DNA from: Candidatus Cloacimonadales bacterium
GTDB taxonomy: Bacteria; Cloacimonadota; Cloacimonadia; Cloacimonadales; JAIOQZ01
DNA length: 64,000 bases
Direction of reading: 5' to 3'
Assembly (NCBI GenBank): GCA_963662655.2
Contig: CAXXTU010000002.1
Span: forward strand, 2,272,001-2,336,000
A program made the translations under genes and the position numbers. Shown one piece after another: positions 40,610-50,873 of this stretch (the first letter of the stretch is position 1; every line of letters begins with the position of its first letter). The notes under the pieces are model-generated. The model did not search any database and was not told where the DNA came from. It worked only from the letters and a program-made list of their open reading frames with translations.

Positions 40610-43600
40610 ATGAAACGCACCATGCTTTTCTCACTGCTCATTGGAATCTTATTCCCATGTCTTGCCTTTGCTTCCGGCAGTTCGCAGCAACCCGATGAAA
40701 TCATGGACATCAACGATCGTTTCCGCAATGTACCAGCTGTTTCTTCAGCCACTGATCCAATGCCGATGCTCTACTATGCATCCTTTGGCGTAGCCGGAAT
40801 TGACGAATGCGATATGGAAGAACCCCCATACGCAGTTACCGCCTCGATTATCAGGTTCAAGATTGAACACTCCGATATGGGTATGCGCCTTTTAGACGAG
40901 CAGACTCTTTACATGGATGGAAACTTCGTCGCTGCAAACGACAAAATTGATTATCTCAATTGTTACAATCAAGCCGACCTTGCTGGTATTCAAAACGACT
41001 TTACTACACATGCACGCGTCCGTTATGAAAGTGGCACAGGATTCATGGCAAGTCCTGTATATTGTGGTAACTTCATCCTGGTTCTGAATAAAAGTGGTCT
41101 CTTGATGGCAATTGATTCTGACTTCACGGGAGGTATAAACAATTACACAGAAGATGTCGTAATCAACAGTATCGACCTCAGGGCGATAGAGAGAGAAGAA
41201 ATCAGCTTTATGTCACATGCTCTCGAGTATGGATCAACCCCTGTGGTTATTGGAAACTATATCTATGTCGCCGGTTTGCAATCGATATTCAAGATTCAGA
41301 TATCGAATTTCCAGGTCGTTAATTTCCACAACTTTAACGAACTGGCAAGTGCAAGCCTTGAGGGCATCAGAACCTTTTTCACACCATTGGTCTGGGATTT
41401 AAACAGCAATAATGATATTTATCTAACAATATCGACATCCAGATTCCCGTCACTAATGCCTCCATCGAATATTGTGTATGTGCTGGATCAGAATCTCGAA
41501 ATCGTGTACACAGAAAACGGCTCAGGTTTAGTTAATGGAAGCAATCCAACTGTAGATTATAGTGGTTACATATATTATCCTGCAACAACTTTTCTAAGAT
41601 CATCTCGAGAAACCAGGTCAGTACTTTCGGATTTCGACTATGGGTTTATTAATACTCCACAGGGAATTCAGAACTTTCAAGGTTCGATTCTTTCCGATTT
41701 CTCAGGTAACCTGATTTATAGTGCAAGTACATTCGATGGGTCTCAATACAGTCTAAGCACCTATTCTATATCAAGAGATTATAACTACTTAAACTCTAAC
41801 AATGACCCAATTTTCGAGACTGAAGTCGCCGAACTTGTGTTTGATCACTTCTTGAACACAGAGCCGTATTTAAACAATCATGGCTTTATCTGTGAAGATA
41901 TTGATCATGACAGATCCTTGACGGTGTCCATTAGCTCACACCTTGGTAACGGAGTAGGCTGGCCTCCAGTTGAAGAAATCCCTTTTTGGTATAACGTTTA
42001 CGATCACGAGACAAGCGATATTACTTTGGGATTTGTCGTATGTGAATATCAGACCTCCACCCATTCAAGTGGTTCTGAAATTATAAATGACACTGCGACC
42101 TATGGTGGCCTTGCACCATACAAGACCAACGAATATTATGTTAATGCCACTTTCGGCACTGAAACTGGTGGACTAATGGCTTGGCCACATTATATGGATG
42201 TATCTCAGTACGGCCTTTCTTACTCCACGAAACTTGAAATAACCCAGCCCGTCATTTCAAACACCAGCCACAGCAAATTTCAGCGGGATGTGACCAATAA
42301 CTGCTCCTACACCTGGGCAGACAACTTCAAAGTTGCGATTGGCTTTATACCGCAGGACACTCAGATAGAGAAGGTTTTTGCCAACGGATATGCCAGAAAT
42401 GCCACGCTTGATCCCGAGACAAATCTTCTTACAGCAACATTCGAGAAACTTCTCGCTCATCCCAATTACACTGTCGGATTCCGCTACACCGACAATAATG
42501 GCACACATTCAGCCTCTATTGGACATATTAATGTTCCGGAGATGCAACCGCTTGTCCTCAGCTTTGTACAGGACCTTGTTGTTGATGATGGCGATGTAGT
42601 CAACATCGATGAAAACAATTTGTGTTTCAACTCCATTACGATCAATTCAGGTGGAATTCTGAATATCAACGGCAGTGGCATATATTCCGAAACGATCAAT
42701 ATCAATAATGGGGCCGTATTGAATATCAATTCCGGGGCAAGTATTTCATCCTATGAGTGTTATTGCAAAAACGAACAAAACAACACCAATCCATCCGAGA
42801 TCAATCTTGTATCAAATGGAAGGCTCATCACGACCTGGCTGTTGCTTGATGAATGGGATGATGTTTATACTCAAATAGAAGGCAGCAATCAGAACAACGT
42901 AATCGTTTCAGATCTTTATTTGGGAATTGGAAGTGTGATGGAAATCCTCGAATCAACTGGATCTGGCACAACGAACGCAACTGTTACCATATCGAGAGCA
43001 GTAGGCGATCATATCAGAGGGACTATTCTCACGTCTGCGGTTTTGACAATAACCAATCGACTCGACATAGCATATCCCATAAGCATCTCTGTTCTCAATA
43101 ATGGAAAACTGGTAGCATCTTCAACCTCCACTCATTCTGGAGCAACAGCTGATATCAACATGTTTGGATCAGATAGTCCATTGGTTATTGCGGATGGAGG
43201 TGAGCTTGATCTACAGAACAAGGGACAACTTCTAATGGATGGTTCAACAGGATATGATCCCATTCTGGATATTTCTGGTACTCTGAGACTTAATAACTCG
43301 AGCGAGTTGCTATGCAGAGATGGGCAGATAATTCTTGAAGATGATACGTCCGTTTTCCTCTCAGGAAGATCATTGATCGAAGTGACAGATAATGGCGAAT
43401 TGGATATCTACGACGATGTCACCATCACGGGCCATACACCGATTGACTTTGCGAATCATCTGCCTGGCGACAGAATCGTTATCAAGAATGGCGGAGCTTT
43501 GGGAGTCGATCCAAGCAATCCCTCAGGTTTCTGTCACAACTTGACCGTACAGAGCGATACGTCTGAGCGTTGGGAAGGTATCGAGTTTCACGCACCCGAA

Positions 43601-45337
43601 TACCAAGAACAAGATTACCTGTATTTTGAAAATGCGAACATCTCCAGAGTACGTACCTTGAATATCAGTGAACGCGGCGAATCGGAAGTATACGTTAAAT
43701 TCCTGAACTCTCAATTCGAAGATTGCGAGTACGGATTGAAGCTAACAAGGCTTACTTCTGTTATTCTCGATAATACGAGCTTCTCGGAATGTGAAACCGG
43801 GATTTTTTGCTATGCAGTAACGGATGTATCTCTTCTTAGCACAGACCCATCGGCCGACAAGGCAGTCTTCTCTAAGAATGAGTACGGGCTTATCATTCTA
43901 AGTGCAGATGAGGATGATCCCGAAACAATCTATGACTACACCTTCGCCGATAACAGTGAAATTGGTTTATGGATTGAGGATAGTCGTTTCAACATAGGTG
44001 GAACATTCACACAACCAGACATCTACACTGAGATCGGAGCTTGCTCATTTACTTCAAACGGAACAGCGTTGAATGCGTCTTTGGGTAGTGCCGATGAATC
44101 CGTTATTACCCACAGTAGTTTTACGGATAACAACGATGATGCCTTGTTCATAGCCGAAATGAATTTACGTATCAACCAGAATACCATCAGCGATAATGGA
44201 AGGCAGGGAATCTGGGGATATCGCGGTGGCTTCGCCGATGTAAGAGCAAATACTGTCTCAAACAACGGCGGTACAGAAATCCTTGGTAGCGGATCGGTTT
44301 TCATCAACATGCGACAAACAGAACATGAAGATCGAAACATTGTTACCGATACGGGATTCGATCCGATCATAATACCGTCGATCCCTGATTTCTGGGATCC
44401 CGATGAAATGGATGTATATGTTATCGCTCGCAGCGACTTGGGAAGAGAGGTGGACGTAACGGGAAATGAATTCACCCCTCATCCATCGATCCACCCCGAG
44501 CGATATTATCCCTCCGTAAGAGATTTCATCTTCGATGGTCGGGCTTTCAGCGCTCAAGAACTTTTTGACGCTGGACTCGCCGCTTATGGCTATAGCGTCT
44601 ACACGACAGCCAAAAACAACTTCACAAACCTTGTAACGTCATATCCCGAATCAAACGAAGCGGTGGCGTCTCTGATCTATTTCCTCTACATCGCATCGAA
44701 GACAGACAAGGATTATAAAGCAATGCGCCAGGAACTGAACGCTCTGGTTTCCAAGGATTATCCTGATCTATACAAGGAAAAGGAGAGAGTCGTTACGGAA
44801 TCCTTTATGTATGAGAAGAATTACATCGAAGCAATCGCAAGGCTGGAAGAGGTTATAATAGAGCCAGATACGAGAATCGACAGTGTTATGGCTTTGGCCG
44901 ATCAGGGTTACTGCTACGTGCAGCTCGCTGAATCCGGCACAAGGGCATTACCCAATAAATGCACGGTGAAGACGAAAACAATCGAGGAATATCTCGAATA
45001 TATGAAATCCCTTCGTATGTTCCTGAACGGCGACGCGGAGTCCTCACAGGCGCCTGCATACGTGTTTGCACTTGACGCGAACTATCCCAACCCCTTCAAT
45101 CCTACCACGACGATCTCGTATTCGATCCCGAAGGACGACAAAGTCGTCTTGAAGGTGTACAATATCAAAGGACAGCTCGTAAAGACGCTGGTCAACGATC
45201 ACCTCGAAGCTGGAAAGCACAAAGTCGTCTGGAATGGCGACAATCAGATCGGCAAGAACGCATCGTCAGGCATCTATCTGTACCGTCTCGAGTCCGGTGG
45301 GAAGTCGAAAGCGCAGAAAATGCTTTTACTCAAATAA
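40610..45337 (+). CDS. Large secreted protein: beta-helix region, TPR-like segment, FlgD-Ig/T9SS-type C-terminus
   Basis: Start reassigned to MKRTMLFSLLIG (ATG 40610, AGGAGG RBS); parallel beta-helix-like repeats; ANYPNPFNPTTTISYSI...SGIYLYRL...KMLLLK. Confidence 0.85.
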   Translation: MKRTMLFSLLIGILFPCLAFASGSSQQPDEIMDINDRFRNVPAVSSATDPMPMLYYASFGVAGIDECDMEEPPYAVTASIIRFKIEHSDMGMRLLDEQTLYMDGNFVAANDKIDYLNCYNQADLAGIQNDFTTHARVRYESGTGFMASPVYCGNFILVLNKSGLLMAIDSDFTGGINNYTEDVVINSIDLRAIEREEISFMSHALEYGSTPVVIGNYIYVAGLQSIFKIQISNFQVVNFHNFNELASASLEGIRTFFTPLVWDLNSNNDIYLTISTSRFPSLMPPSNIVYVLDQNLEIVYTENGSGLVNGSNPTVDYSGYIYYPATTFLRSSRETRSVLSDFDYGFINTPQGIQNFQGSILSDFSGNLIYSASTFDGSQYSLSTYSISRDYNYLNSNNDPIFETEVAELVFDHFLNTEPYLNNHGFICEDIDHDRSLTVSISSHLGNGVGWPPVEEIPFWYNVYDHETSDITLGFVVCEYQTSTHSSGSEIINDTATYGGLAPYKTNEYYVNATFGTETGGLMAWPHYMDVSQYGLSYSTKLEITQPVISNTSHSKFQRDVTNNCSYTWADNFKVAIGFIPQDTQIEKVFANGYARNATLDPETNLLTATFEKLLAHPNYTVGFRYTDNNGTHSASIGHINVPEMQPLVLSFVQDLVVDDGDVVNIDENNLCFNSITINSGGILNINGSGIYSETININNGAVLNINSGASISSYECYCKNEQNNTNPSEINLVSNGRLITTWLLLDEWDDVYTQIEGSNQNNVIVSDLYLGIGSVMEILESTGSGTTNATVTISRAVGDHIRGTILTSAVLTITNRLDIAYPISISVLNNGKLVASSTSTHSGATADINMFGSDSPLVIADGGELDLQNKGQLLMDGSTGYDPILDISGTLRLNNSSELLCRDGQIILEDDTSVFLSGRSLIEVTDNGELDIYDDVTITGHTPIDFANHLPGDRIVIKNGGALGVDPSNPSGFCHNLTVQSDTSERWEGIEFHAPEYQEQDYLYFENANISRVRTLNISERGESEVYVKFLNSQFEDCEYGLKLTRLTSVILDNTSFSECETGIFCYAVTDVSLLSTDPSADKAVFSKNEYGLIILSADEDDPETIYDYTFADNSEIGLWIEDSRFNIGGTFTQPDIYTEIGACSFTSNGTALNASLGSADESVITHSSFTDNNDDALFIAEMNLRINQNTISDNGRQGIWGYRGGFADVRANTVSNNGGTEILGSGSVFINMRQTEHEDRNIVTDTGFDPIIIPSIPDFWDPDEMDVYVIARSDLGREVDVTGNEFTPHPSIHPERYYPSVRDFIFDGRAFSAQELFDAGLAAYGYSVYTTAKNNFTNLVTSYPESNEAVASLIYFLYIASKTDKDYKAMRQELNALVSKDYPDLYKEKERVVTESFMYEKNYIEAIARLEEVIIEPDTRIDSVMALADQGYCYVQLAESGTRALPNKCTVKTKTIEEYLEYMKSLRMFLNGDAESSQAPAYVFALDANYPNPFNPTTTISYSIPKDDKVVLKVYNIKGQLVKTLVNDHLEAGKHKVVWNGDNQIGKNASSGIYLYRLESGGKSKAQKMLLLK

Positions 45338-45470
45338 AATAACGTGTCATGCCGAGTAGCTCGTTTGTCACCTAGATGCTGTGAGTTTTGCGAGGCGATA
45401 ACTCGAATCTCTCATAGAGTCGAAGGACAGCATGAGTTTGTCGAAGCATAGGCTGCAAATGTTCTCTCTC

Positions 45471-45508
45471 CTCCCCCTCTTCATTTCGAAGAGGGGGCTG
45501 GGGAGAGG
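45471..45508. repeat. REP-like GC-rich hairpin
   Basis: CCCCCTCTTC-ATTTC-GAAGAGGGGG followed by CTGGGGAGAGG; single copy in the window. Confidence 0.5.
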
Positions 45509-45648
45509 GATATTCGGCAATTTTCGTCTTTCGCTTAGCTGAAACGTAATGACTGAACGAAAGTCTTACACGGAGCGAAATCATGTTAGTGGAATATGTA
45601 GGCACCCCATGAAAAGGATCCTGCTGCTCATCCTGCTCCCCGTGATAT

Positions 45649-46592
45649 CGGTTCACCCCCACATGCGTGGGGAATACTATCCACTGGCTGGAAACCGGAG
45701 ACGGAAACCCGGTTCACCCCCACATGCGTGGGGAATACTACGATGGAACGAACCGCGAGCAATTCGAGAACGGTTCACCCCCACATGCGTGGGGAATACA
45801 CGATTGAACATATCCTCAGAAAAAAACACGCCGGTTCACCCCCACATGCGTGGGGAATACGGATTGGGCGACCCGCGCAACCTGCCGCATTTCGGTTCAC
45901 CCCCACATGCGTGGGGAATACGACATGGTCAACGCTGATCCTGCGAATACGTTCGGTTCACCCCCACATGCGTGGGGAATACTCATCGAATGGCTTTTGG
46001 GTTGTTTCGCTTGTCGGTTCACCCCCACATGCGTGGGGAATACGGTTACTGGAAGCAGACCGTCACCGATTGCCTCGGTTCACCCCCACATGCGTGGGGA
46101 ATACGACTCCGCGTAGGTTTGTATAACGTAGGTCGACGGTTCACCCCCACATGCGTGGGGAATACATCCAACTTTTCACCCGCTTCAGGCGCGAAAACGG
46201 TTCACCCCCACATGCGTGGGGAATACTGATTTGAGAAATCGTAGAAATAGCGGGATCCCGGTTCACCCCCACATGCGTGGGGAATACACAATCGTACCAT
46301 TCAGGTACCCAAGCTTGTCCGGTTCACCCCCACATGCGTGGGGAATACTTGACAACACCACGGTAATCGAAACGTACGGTCGGTTCACCCCCACATGCGT
46401 GGGGAATACTAAAAGTCGTCTGCCCTGCGTCTGTCGAAGCGCGGTTCACCCCCACATGCGTGGGGAATACTAGAAGTTTTGCACGTAACAGAACGCATCG
46501 ACCGGTTCACCCCCACATGCGTGGGGAATACGTCAGTGCGAGCGCGAACGATCCTCAGCAGGTCGGTTCACCCCCACATGCGTGGGGAATAC
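45649..46592 (-). CRISPR. Type I-E CRISPR array: 16 identical 29-bp repeats, 15 spacers of 32 bp
   Basis: Repeat (minus) GTATTCCCCACGCATGTGGGGGTGAACCG at a strict 61-bp period from 45649 to 46564; the I-E-type hairpin and 3' AACCG set the orientation. Confidence 0.99.
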
Positions 46593-46599
46593 TCTTGAT

Positions 46600-46884
46600 T
46601 TAATCGGGCTTCGAGGGCCTCGTCAGTAGCTTAAGTCCTTCCCAGTCTGTGACGATTCTGCTGTTGGCTCCCCAGAAGTCAACACAAAAACCCTGTTCGT
46701 TGTTGGTCGACCACAGCATCATGCAAGCGCCGCCTTTGGAGTCGGCGCAAACCTTCTTCCAGAGGCGATCGCGCACCATCGCGGATACGTTGCCGACGAA
46801 CACGCCTGCCTTCACTTCGAGCAGCCAGCGCGTCAGCTCACCCCTGAGCGAGACCGGAACCTTTTCGAGAATCATGACGTTCAC
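46600..46884 (-). CDS. cas2: CRISPR-associated Cas2 (type I-E)
   Basis: GTG start overlapping the cas1 stop; VMILEKVPVSLRGELTRWLLEVKAGVFVG...RDRLW...NNEQGF. Confidence 0.95.
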   Translation of the reverse strand: MNVMILEKVPVSLRGELTRWLLEVKAGVFVGNVSAMVRDRLWKKVCADSKGGACMMLWSTNNEQGFCVDFWGANSRIVTDWEGLKLLTRPSKPD

Positions 46885-47834
46885 TCTTCCTCCTTGTCTC
46901 CACCTTCTCCATAGGAAACGCCGCCGGCGCATTCGCCGGTCACGGGGTCCCACAAACCACCCGGCTTCGCGGGATCGGCATCGAAGTCGTCCTCGGCATC
47001 CTCGGGCGGTTTAGCCCCTAAGATGTCGTGGATATCCTTCACGATCCGCTTGAGCAGCCCCTGTTGATGGAACATGTCTCTACAGCGGATACGCACCTCG
47101 CGGCTGAGGTTTCTATCCACCTCCGCGACGGTCTGGAAGGCGACCGGGATCGTCAGTTCCGTCTTGTAGAGGTCCGCGACATCATAGACGAACGAGAGCT
47201 GCTTGCCGGTATGCACGAACCCGATTGCTGGGGAATATCCCGCCGCCACGATCGCCGCATGGGATATTCCGTAGAGGCATGAATTCGCCACCGACAACGC
47301 CTTGTTGATCGGATCGGCGTTCTTCCAGTCGCGCCGGTCATAGTTCCGACCCTTCCACGGGACGCCGGTATCGCGCGAGGCACGGAAGTAAGCGTCACGA
47401 ACTCGAACGCCTTCCATGCCCCTGATTTGCTCCAGTGTCAGCGACGGATCAGGCTTCTCCGGGAAGCGGAATTCGTACATCCTGCGCACGATGTAGAGGC
47501 GGGACTTCTCGTTCGCCCAGAGCTTCACCTGCCTGAGAAGATGAGAAGCCTTCCGGGTCGCGCCGCTGCCCGATGCGTAGAACCTTACGCCCTGTTCGCC
47601 GCTCCAGACGACCAGGCAACCGCAATCTGCGAGCGTCGTGATCGCCGCGTGCGTAATGCTCGTGCCCGGTCCGAGCAACAATACGGAGAGATTGTCGCAG
47701 GGAATCGGGGTCAACCCGCGAAGATCGTGGACGGCGATTGCCTTGTCTTCCCGATCGATGATTCCGTGCTCGATGTAGAGCCAGCTCCACTTGTCACGGA
47801 CCTTGGGGACTTGGTGATAATCCTTTGTCAGCAT
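46881..47834 (-). CDS. cas1: CRISPR-associated Cas1 (type I-E)
   Basis: LLLGPGTSITHAA, GEQGVRFYA, IRGMEGVRVR, GYSPAIGFVHTGKQLSFVYDVADLYK. Confidence 0.97.
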   Translation of the reverse strand: MLTKDYHQVPKVRDKWSWLYIEHGIIDREDKAIAVHDLRGLTPIPCDNLSVLLLGPGTSITHAAITTLADCGCLVVWSGEQGVRFYASGSGATRKASHLLRQVKLWANEKSRLYIVRRMYEFRFPEKPDPSLTLEQIRGMEGVRVRDAYFRASRDTGVPWKGRNYDRRDWKNADPINKALSVANSCLYGISHAAIVAAGYSPAIGFVHTGKQLSFVYDVADLYKTELTIPVAFQTVAEVDRNLSREVRIRCRDMFHQQGLLKRIVKDIHDILGAKPPEDAEDDFDADPAKPGGLWDPVTGECAGGVSYGEGGDKEEE

Positions 47835-47844
47835 GGATCACCTC

Positions 47845-48621
47845 CTACCTCCTGACAACCGACAACAGCCCGAACCCGAAAGATTTTGCGGACCCGATCC
47901 CGTTGCGGATGGTTTCCATGAATTGTTCCGGATCGGTCACTTCGAGGATGCCTTCCATCAGCGCTGCGTTGAAGGTAAGACGTTTCTTGTCGAGGTTCCA
48001 GCTACCGCTCCTGGTTGAAAAGCCGTCCGGCTTGTAACCGACGACCCGGAAGAGGCGTACAAGATCGAATTTCTCGATAACGAACCCACCATTGCCGGAA
48101 CGTCTGCCGAGCCAGTCTTTATACTCGTCGTGGAGCCGCACAGCGCGTTCATCCTCGGTCTCGTCAATCGGCCCGGCGAGGGACACGATCGAAACCCGTT
48201 TGCCGATCGTCCTTTTGCGCCCCTGCCTGTCGTATTTCTCTGTATGCTCGCGAGCGAAGTCACCCGTCGATATTTTCTTCGTGGGGTTCGCCAGCAGCCG
48301 GTAGCGCAGGATATCTCCTTCATGGAAGACAGGATCGTAGGGCTTGTATGCCGGCAGAGACGCGAGGAAATCGGGCGCGTTGTAGAAGGCTTCTTGCCAG
48401 TTCGGTTCTGCCTCCGATTGCACCAGGATCATCGCGCGTGAGCCGTCTGAGCTGATGTTGTTGTCGATGCGGAAGAGGAACATGGCTTTTTGATCATCCT
48501 TCTTACCGAACGCCATCGAAAGTCGCTGGTGGACGTGGTAGATGTTGTTGAGCCACATCCTTCCCGGGCGCGGTCGATCGGGATTACCGCCCGTGTCGAT
48601 CAGTAGTTGGGACAGGTACAT
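47845..48621 (-). CDS. cas6e: Cas6e (Cse3/CasE) crRNA endoribonuclease
   Basis: MYLSQL, YHVHQRL, LFRID, YRLLANPTKK, Gly loop GIGSAKSFGFGLL. Confidence 0.95.
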   Translation of the reverse strand: MYLSQLLIDTGGNPDRPRPGRMWLNNIYHVHQRLSMAFGKKDDQKAMFLFRIDNNISSDGSRAMILVQSEAEPNWQEAFYNAPDFLASLPAYKPYDPVFHEGDILRYRLLANPTKKISTGDFAREHTEKYDRQGRKRTIGKRVSIVSLAGPIDETEDERAVRLHDEYKDWLGRRSGNGGFVIEKFDLVRLFRVVGYKPDGFSTRSGSWNLDKKRLTFNAALMEGILEVTDPEQFMETIRNGIGSAKSFGFGLLSVVRR

Positions 48622-49732
48622 CGTCGCCCTCCTTTTCTTCGAATCTGCGTTTACGGGTCTTCTTGCTGCGGAATTTCACGATCTCGGCGCGCTTTTCGCG
48701 GATACGTTCGCGCCACGCCGGGTCTTCGGGATCGATGCGGTCGATGCCCATGTTGGCGCCGTACTCGAGCATGGTGATGGCGTCGTGGCAAAGTCGGCAC
48801 AGCGATTTCAGATCATCGAGCGATTCGTTGCCACCCGCGCGCCGATAGGTGATGTGCTGCACGGTCGAAGAAGGTGAACCGCAGAAGGTGCAGCGTCCGT
48901 CGTCATGCGCCAGTCGCTTCGCACGTTTCTTGCGGAACTCGGTGTTCTGATAGTCGGCGTGGATGCGTTGTGTAGAATAAGCACCCTCCACGCCCAGTAT
49001 CACATTACTGCGCTTCACATCGCCGTTTTTACCGACCGTTAACGATGATCGAATGGCGAAACGCGGTCTGTGGGACGGCGGATCGAAGGTGAAGGGGACA
49101 TCGTACCAGACTTCGGCTTCTTCGGGGGCTTCGGGCTGGTTTTCGGTTGGACGCCAGTCGAGGAGAACCGTGACTTCGCAAGGTAGATGCTTATCATTGT
49201 CTTCGTGTCTTTGCGGCCAGGGAATCGATGCGAGGGCTTCTTCGAGCGAAGCGAATGTACCAGCGCGGTGTTCGTTAACCGGACGTGACATGGGGCAGTT
49301 CTTCCGGCCGAGGAAGAGCGCCCAGACGGGATTTTCGAGCGCGGATGACAAGGTCGCGATCAGATCTTCGTCACCCCGGAGCGCTACCAGGAAGCTCGCG
49401 TCGCAGAGGTATTCCCTGCGGGTGAGCATGGGGCCGTTTTTCTCTTTGCCTTCTGCCGTCGCCATCTTCATACCGGCGCCCACGGTATGCCAGTCCCACC
49501 AGCGGATGCCCGGGCGATCGATGCGCACGCCCATTTCGAGGTTCGAGAGCTTTTCGAGCCAGCCGTCTTGCGCTTCCAGGCGGGATAGCCCCATCGCGGC
49601 GCAGAGCATGCCGATCACGCCGGACTTGGTAGGCGCTTCCTTCGTGCGCCGGATCACGAACTTCGATTCATGGCTTCCCCACGCCTGCATCGGTCCTTCC
49701 AGACGCAGGAACAGGGTGTTGTCACGCATCAT
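48584..49732 (-). CDS. cas5e: Cas5e fused to a C-terminal HNH endonuclease
   Basis: LRLEGPMQAWG, PTKSGVIGMLCAAMG, REYLCDASF, LFLGRKNCP (Cas5e), then DDGRCTFCG..VQHITYRRAGGNESLDDLKSLCRLCHDA (HNH). Confidence 0.93.
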   Translation of the reverse strand: MMRDNTLFLRLEGPMQAWGSHESKFVIRRTKEAPTKSGVIGMLCAAMGLSRLEAQDGWLEKLSNLEMGVRIDRPGIRWWDWHTVGAGMKMATAEGKEKNGPMLTRREYLCDASFLVALRGDEDLIATLSSALENPVWALFLGRKNCPMSRPVNEHRAGTFASLEEALASIPWPQRHEDNDKHLPCEVTVLLDWRPTENQPEAPEEAEVWYDVPFTFDPPSHRPRFAIRSSLTVGKNGDVKRSNVILGVEGAYSTQRIHADYQNTEFRKKRAKRLAHDDGRCTFCGSPSSTVQHITYRRAGGNESLDDLKSLCRLCHDAITMLEYGANMGIDRIDPEDPAWRERIREKRAEIVKFRSKKTRKRRFEEKEGDDVPVPTTDRHGR

Positions 49733-50861
49733 GCTTCTCCACGATCGCTTTTTGCACCGCCTCCCAGTCGAAACCCATCTCTTTCACGATTGCCGTGACA
49801 AACTGGTCGAAATTGCTCAGGCTTTCTTTCGCAAGACCATGGAAATCATACCGTCCGCCCGGTGAGAACCAGTATCGCTCGCCCTGCGCGCTGAAGCCCT
49901 CGTCGAGCTCGGAGACGTACTGCGCCAGTTGTGCGACGCTTTCTTCCACCAGGTCGCGCTGTCCGGGCCTGACCGGCTTCACGAAGGCGTTGGCGTAGCT
50001 GATCGGCGTCTTGTTATCCTTCTTGATCTCGACAAGGATTCCGTCCGGCGGGTTGTGCGCGGCGTAGCTGTTCTGTTTGCCACTCGGCGTGGTCAGCGCC
50101 ATGGCACGGATGAACGCGCCGACGGTGTGCGCCGCCAGATCGACCTGTCCGCCAAGGTTAGCAACGAGCTGCTCCCAATCGATGGAGAAGTATTTATAGA
50201 AGCAGGAGGAGGAATAGAGCGCTTCATCGACATGAGCTGCTCCGGATTTTGCCACAGATGCATCATCCACTGCGGTGAAGTAGTCGATTTCAGGGTGTGC
50301 GACGTGAGTTGATATCGCGTGTGCGGCTTGCAGGGCTGCTTCGATTCCAGTATTCGTTGCTCTCAGCATACTTTGCTTCTTTGCTTCAAGCATTCTGCCA
50401 TGTAATGCAATATCTGGCTCCTCTGCTATAGTGATGATAGTTGCAATTTTGTTAGCTTTCTCATCATCAGGTATCTTAGAAGTCACCACATCAACTAGCT
50501 TCGGAATAGCTTTTTTGGAGACAAACACAAGTACTTTGGTGTGTTCTTTACCGGTTTCCTTGTCTTTCTCCATGTCCAAACCAGTCATCTTTAGAAGAGC
50601 CTTAGCTTTTTTCAGGACTTCTTCTTGCATCTTGTGATCTTTAGTAGTAGCTTCCGCGATCCTGTCTGCAAGCCACCTTGTTCTTTCCCCACCCATAAGC
50701 TTCTCAAACTGTTTACTCATCCTGATACTTCTCTTCAGGCACTGGCTTGAGATACGACTTCTGAGGTAGCCGCCGAACATGGTGGTCTTGGGTGCGCCGA
50801 GGTCGTCGCGGTTGAGGTTACTGGGCGCGTGATTCTGGATGGCATGAATCTCGATTAACAT
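49722..50861 (-). CDS. cas7e: Cas7 (Cse4/CasC)
   Basis: IHAIQNHAPSNLNRDDLGAPKT..GG..RSRISSQCLKRSIR, DIALHGRM, AHAISTH, DYFTAVDD, PSGKQNSYA. Confidence 0.97.
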   Translation of the reverse strand: MLIEIHAIQNHAPSNLNRDDLGAPKTTMFGGYLRSRISSQCLKRSIRMSKQFEKLMGGERTRWLADRIAEATTKDHKMQEEVLKKAKALLKMTGLDMEKDKETGKEHTKVLVFVSKKAIPKLVDVVTSKIPDDEKANKIATIITIAEEPDIALHGRMLEAKKQSMLRATNTGIEAALQAAHAISTHVAHPEIDYFTAVDDASVAKSGAAHVDEALYSSSCFYKYFSIDWEQLVANLGGQVDLAAHTVGAFIRAMALTTPSGKQNSYAAHNPPDGILVEIKKDNKTPISYANAFVKPVRPGQRDLVEESVAQLAQYVSELDEGFSAQGERYWFSPGGRYDFHGLAKESLSNFDQFVTAIVKEMGFDWEAVQKAIVEKHDA

Positions 50862-50873
50862 GGGTTCCTCCTG

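Noticed and set aside
45549..46473. Track ORFs across the CRISPR array
   Set aside because: Translations of the repeats (VHPHMRGEY, GSPPHAWGI, RFTPTCVGN).
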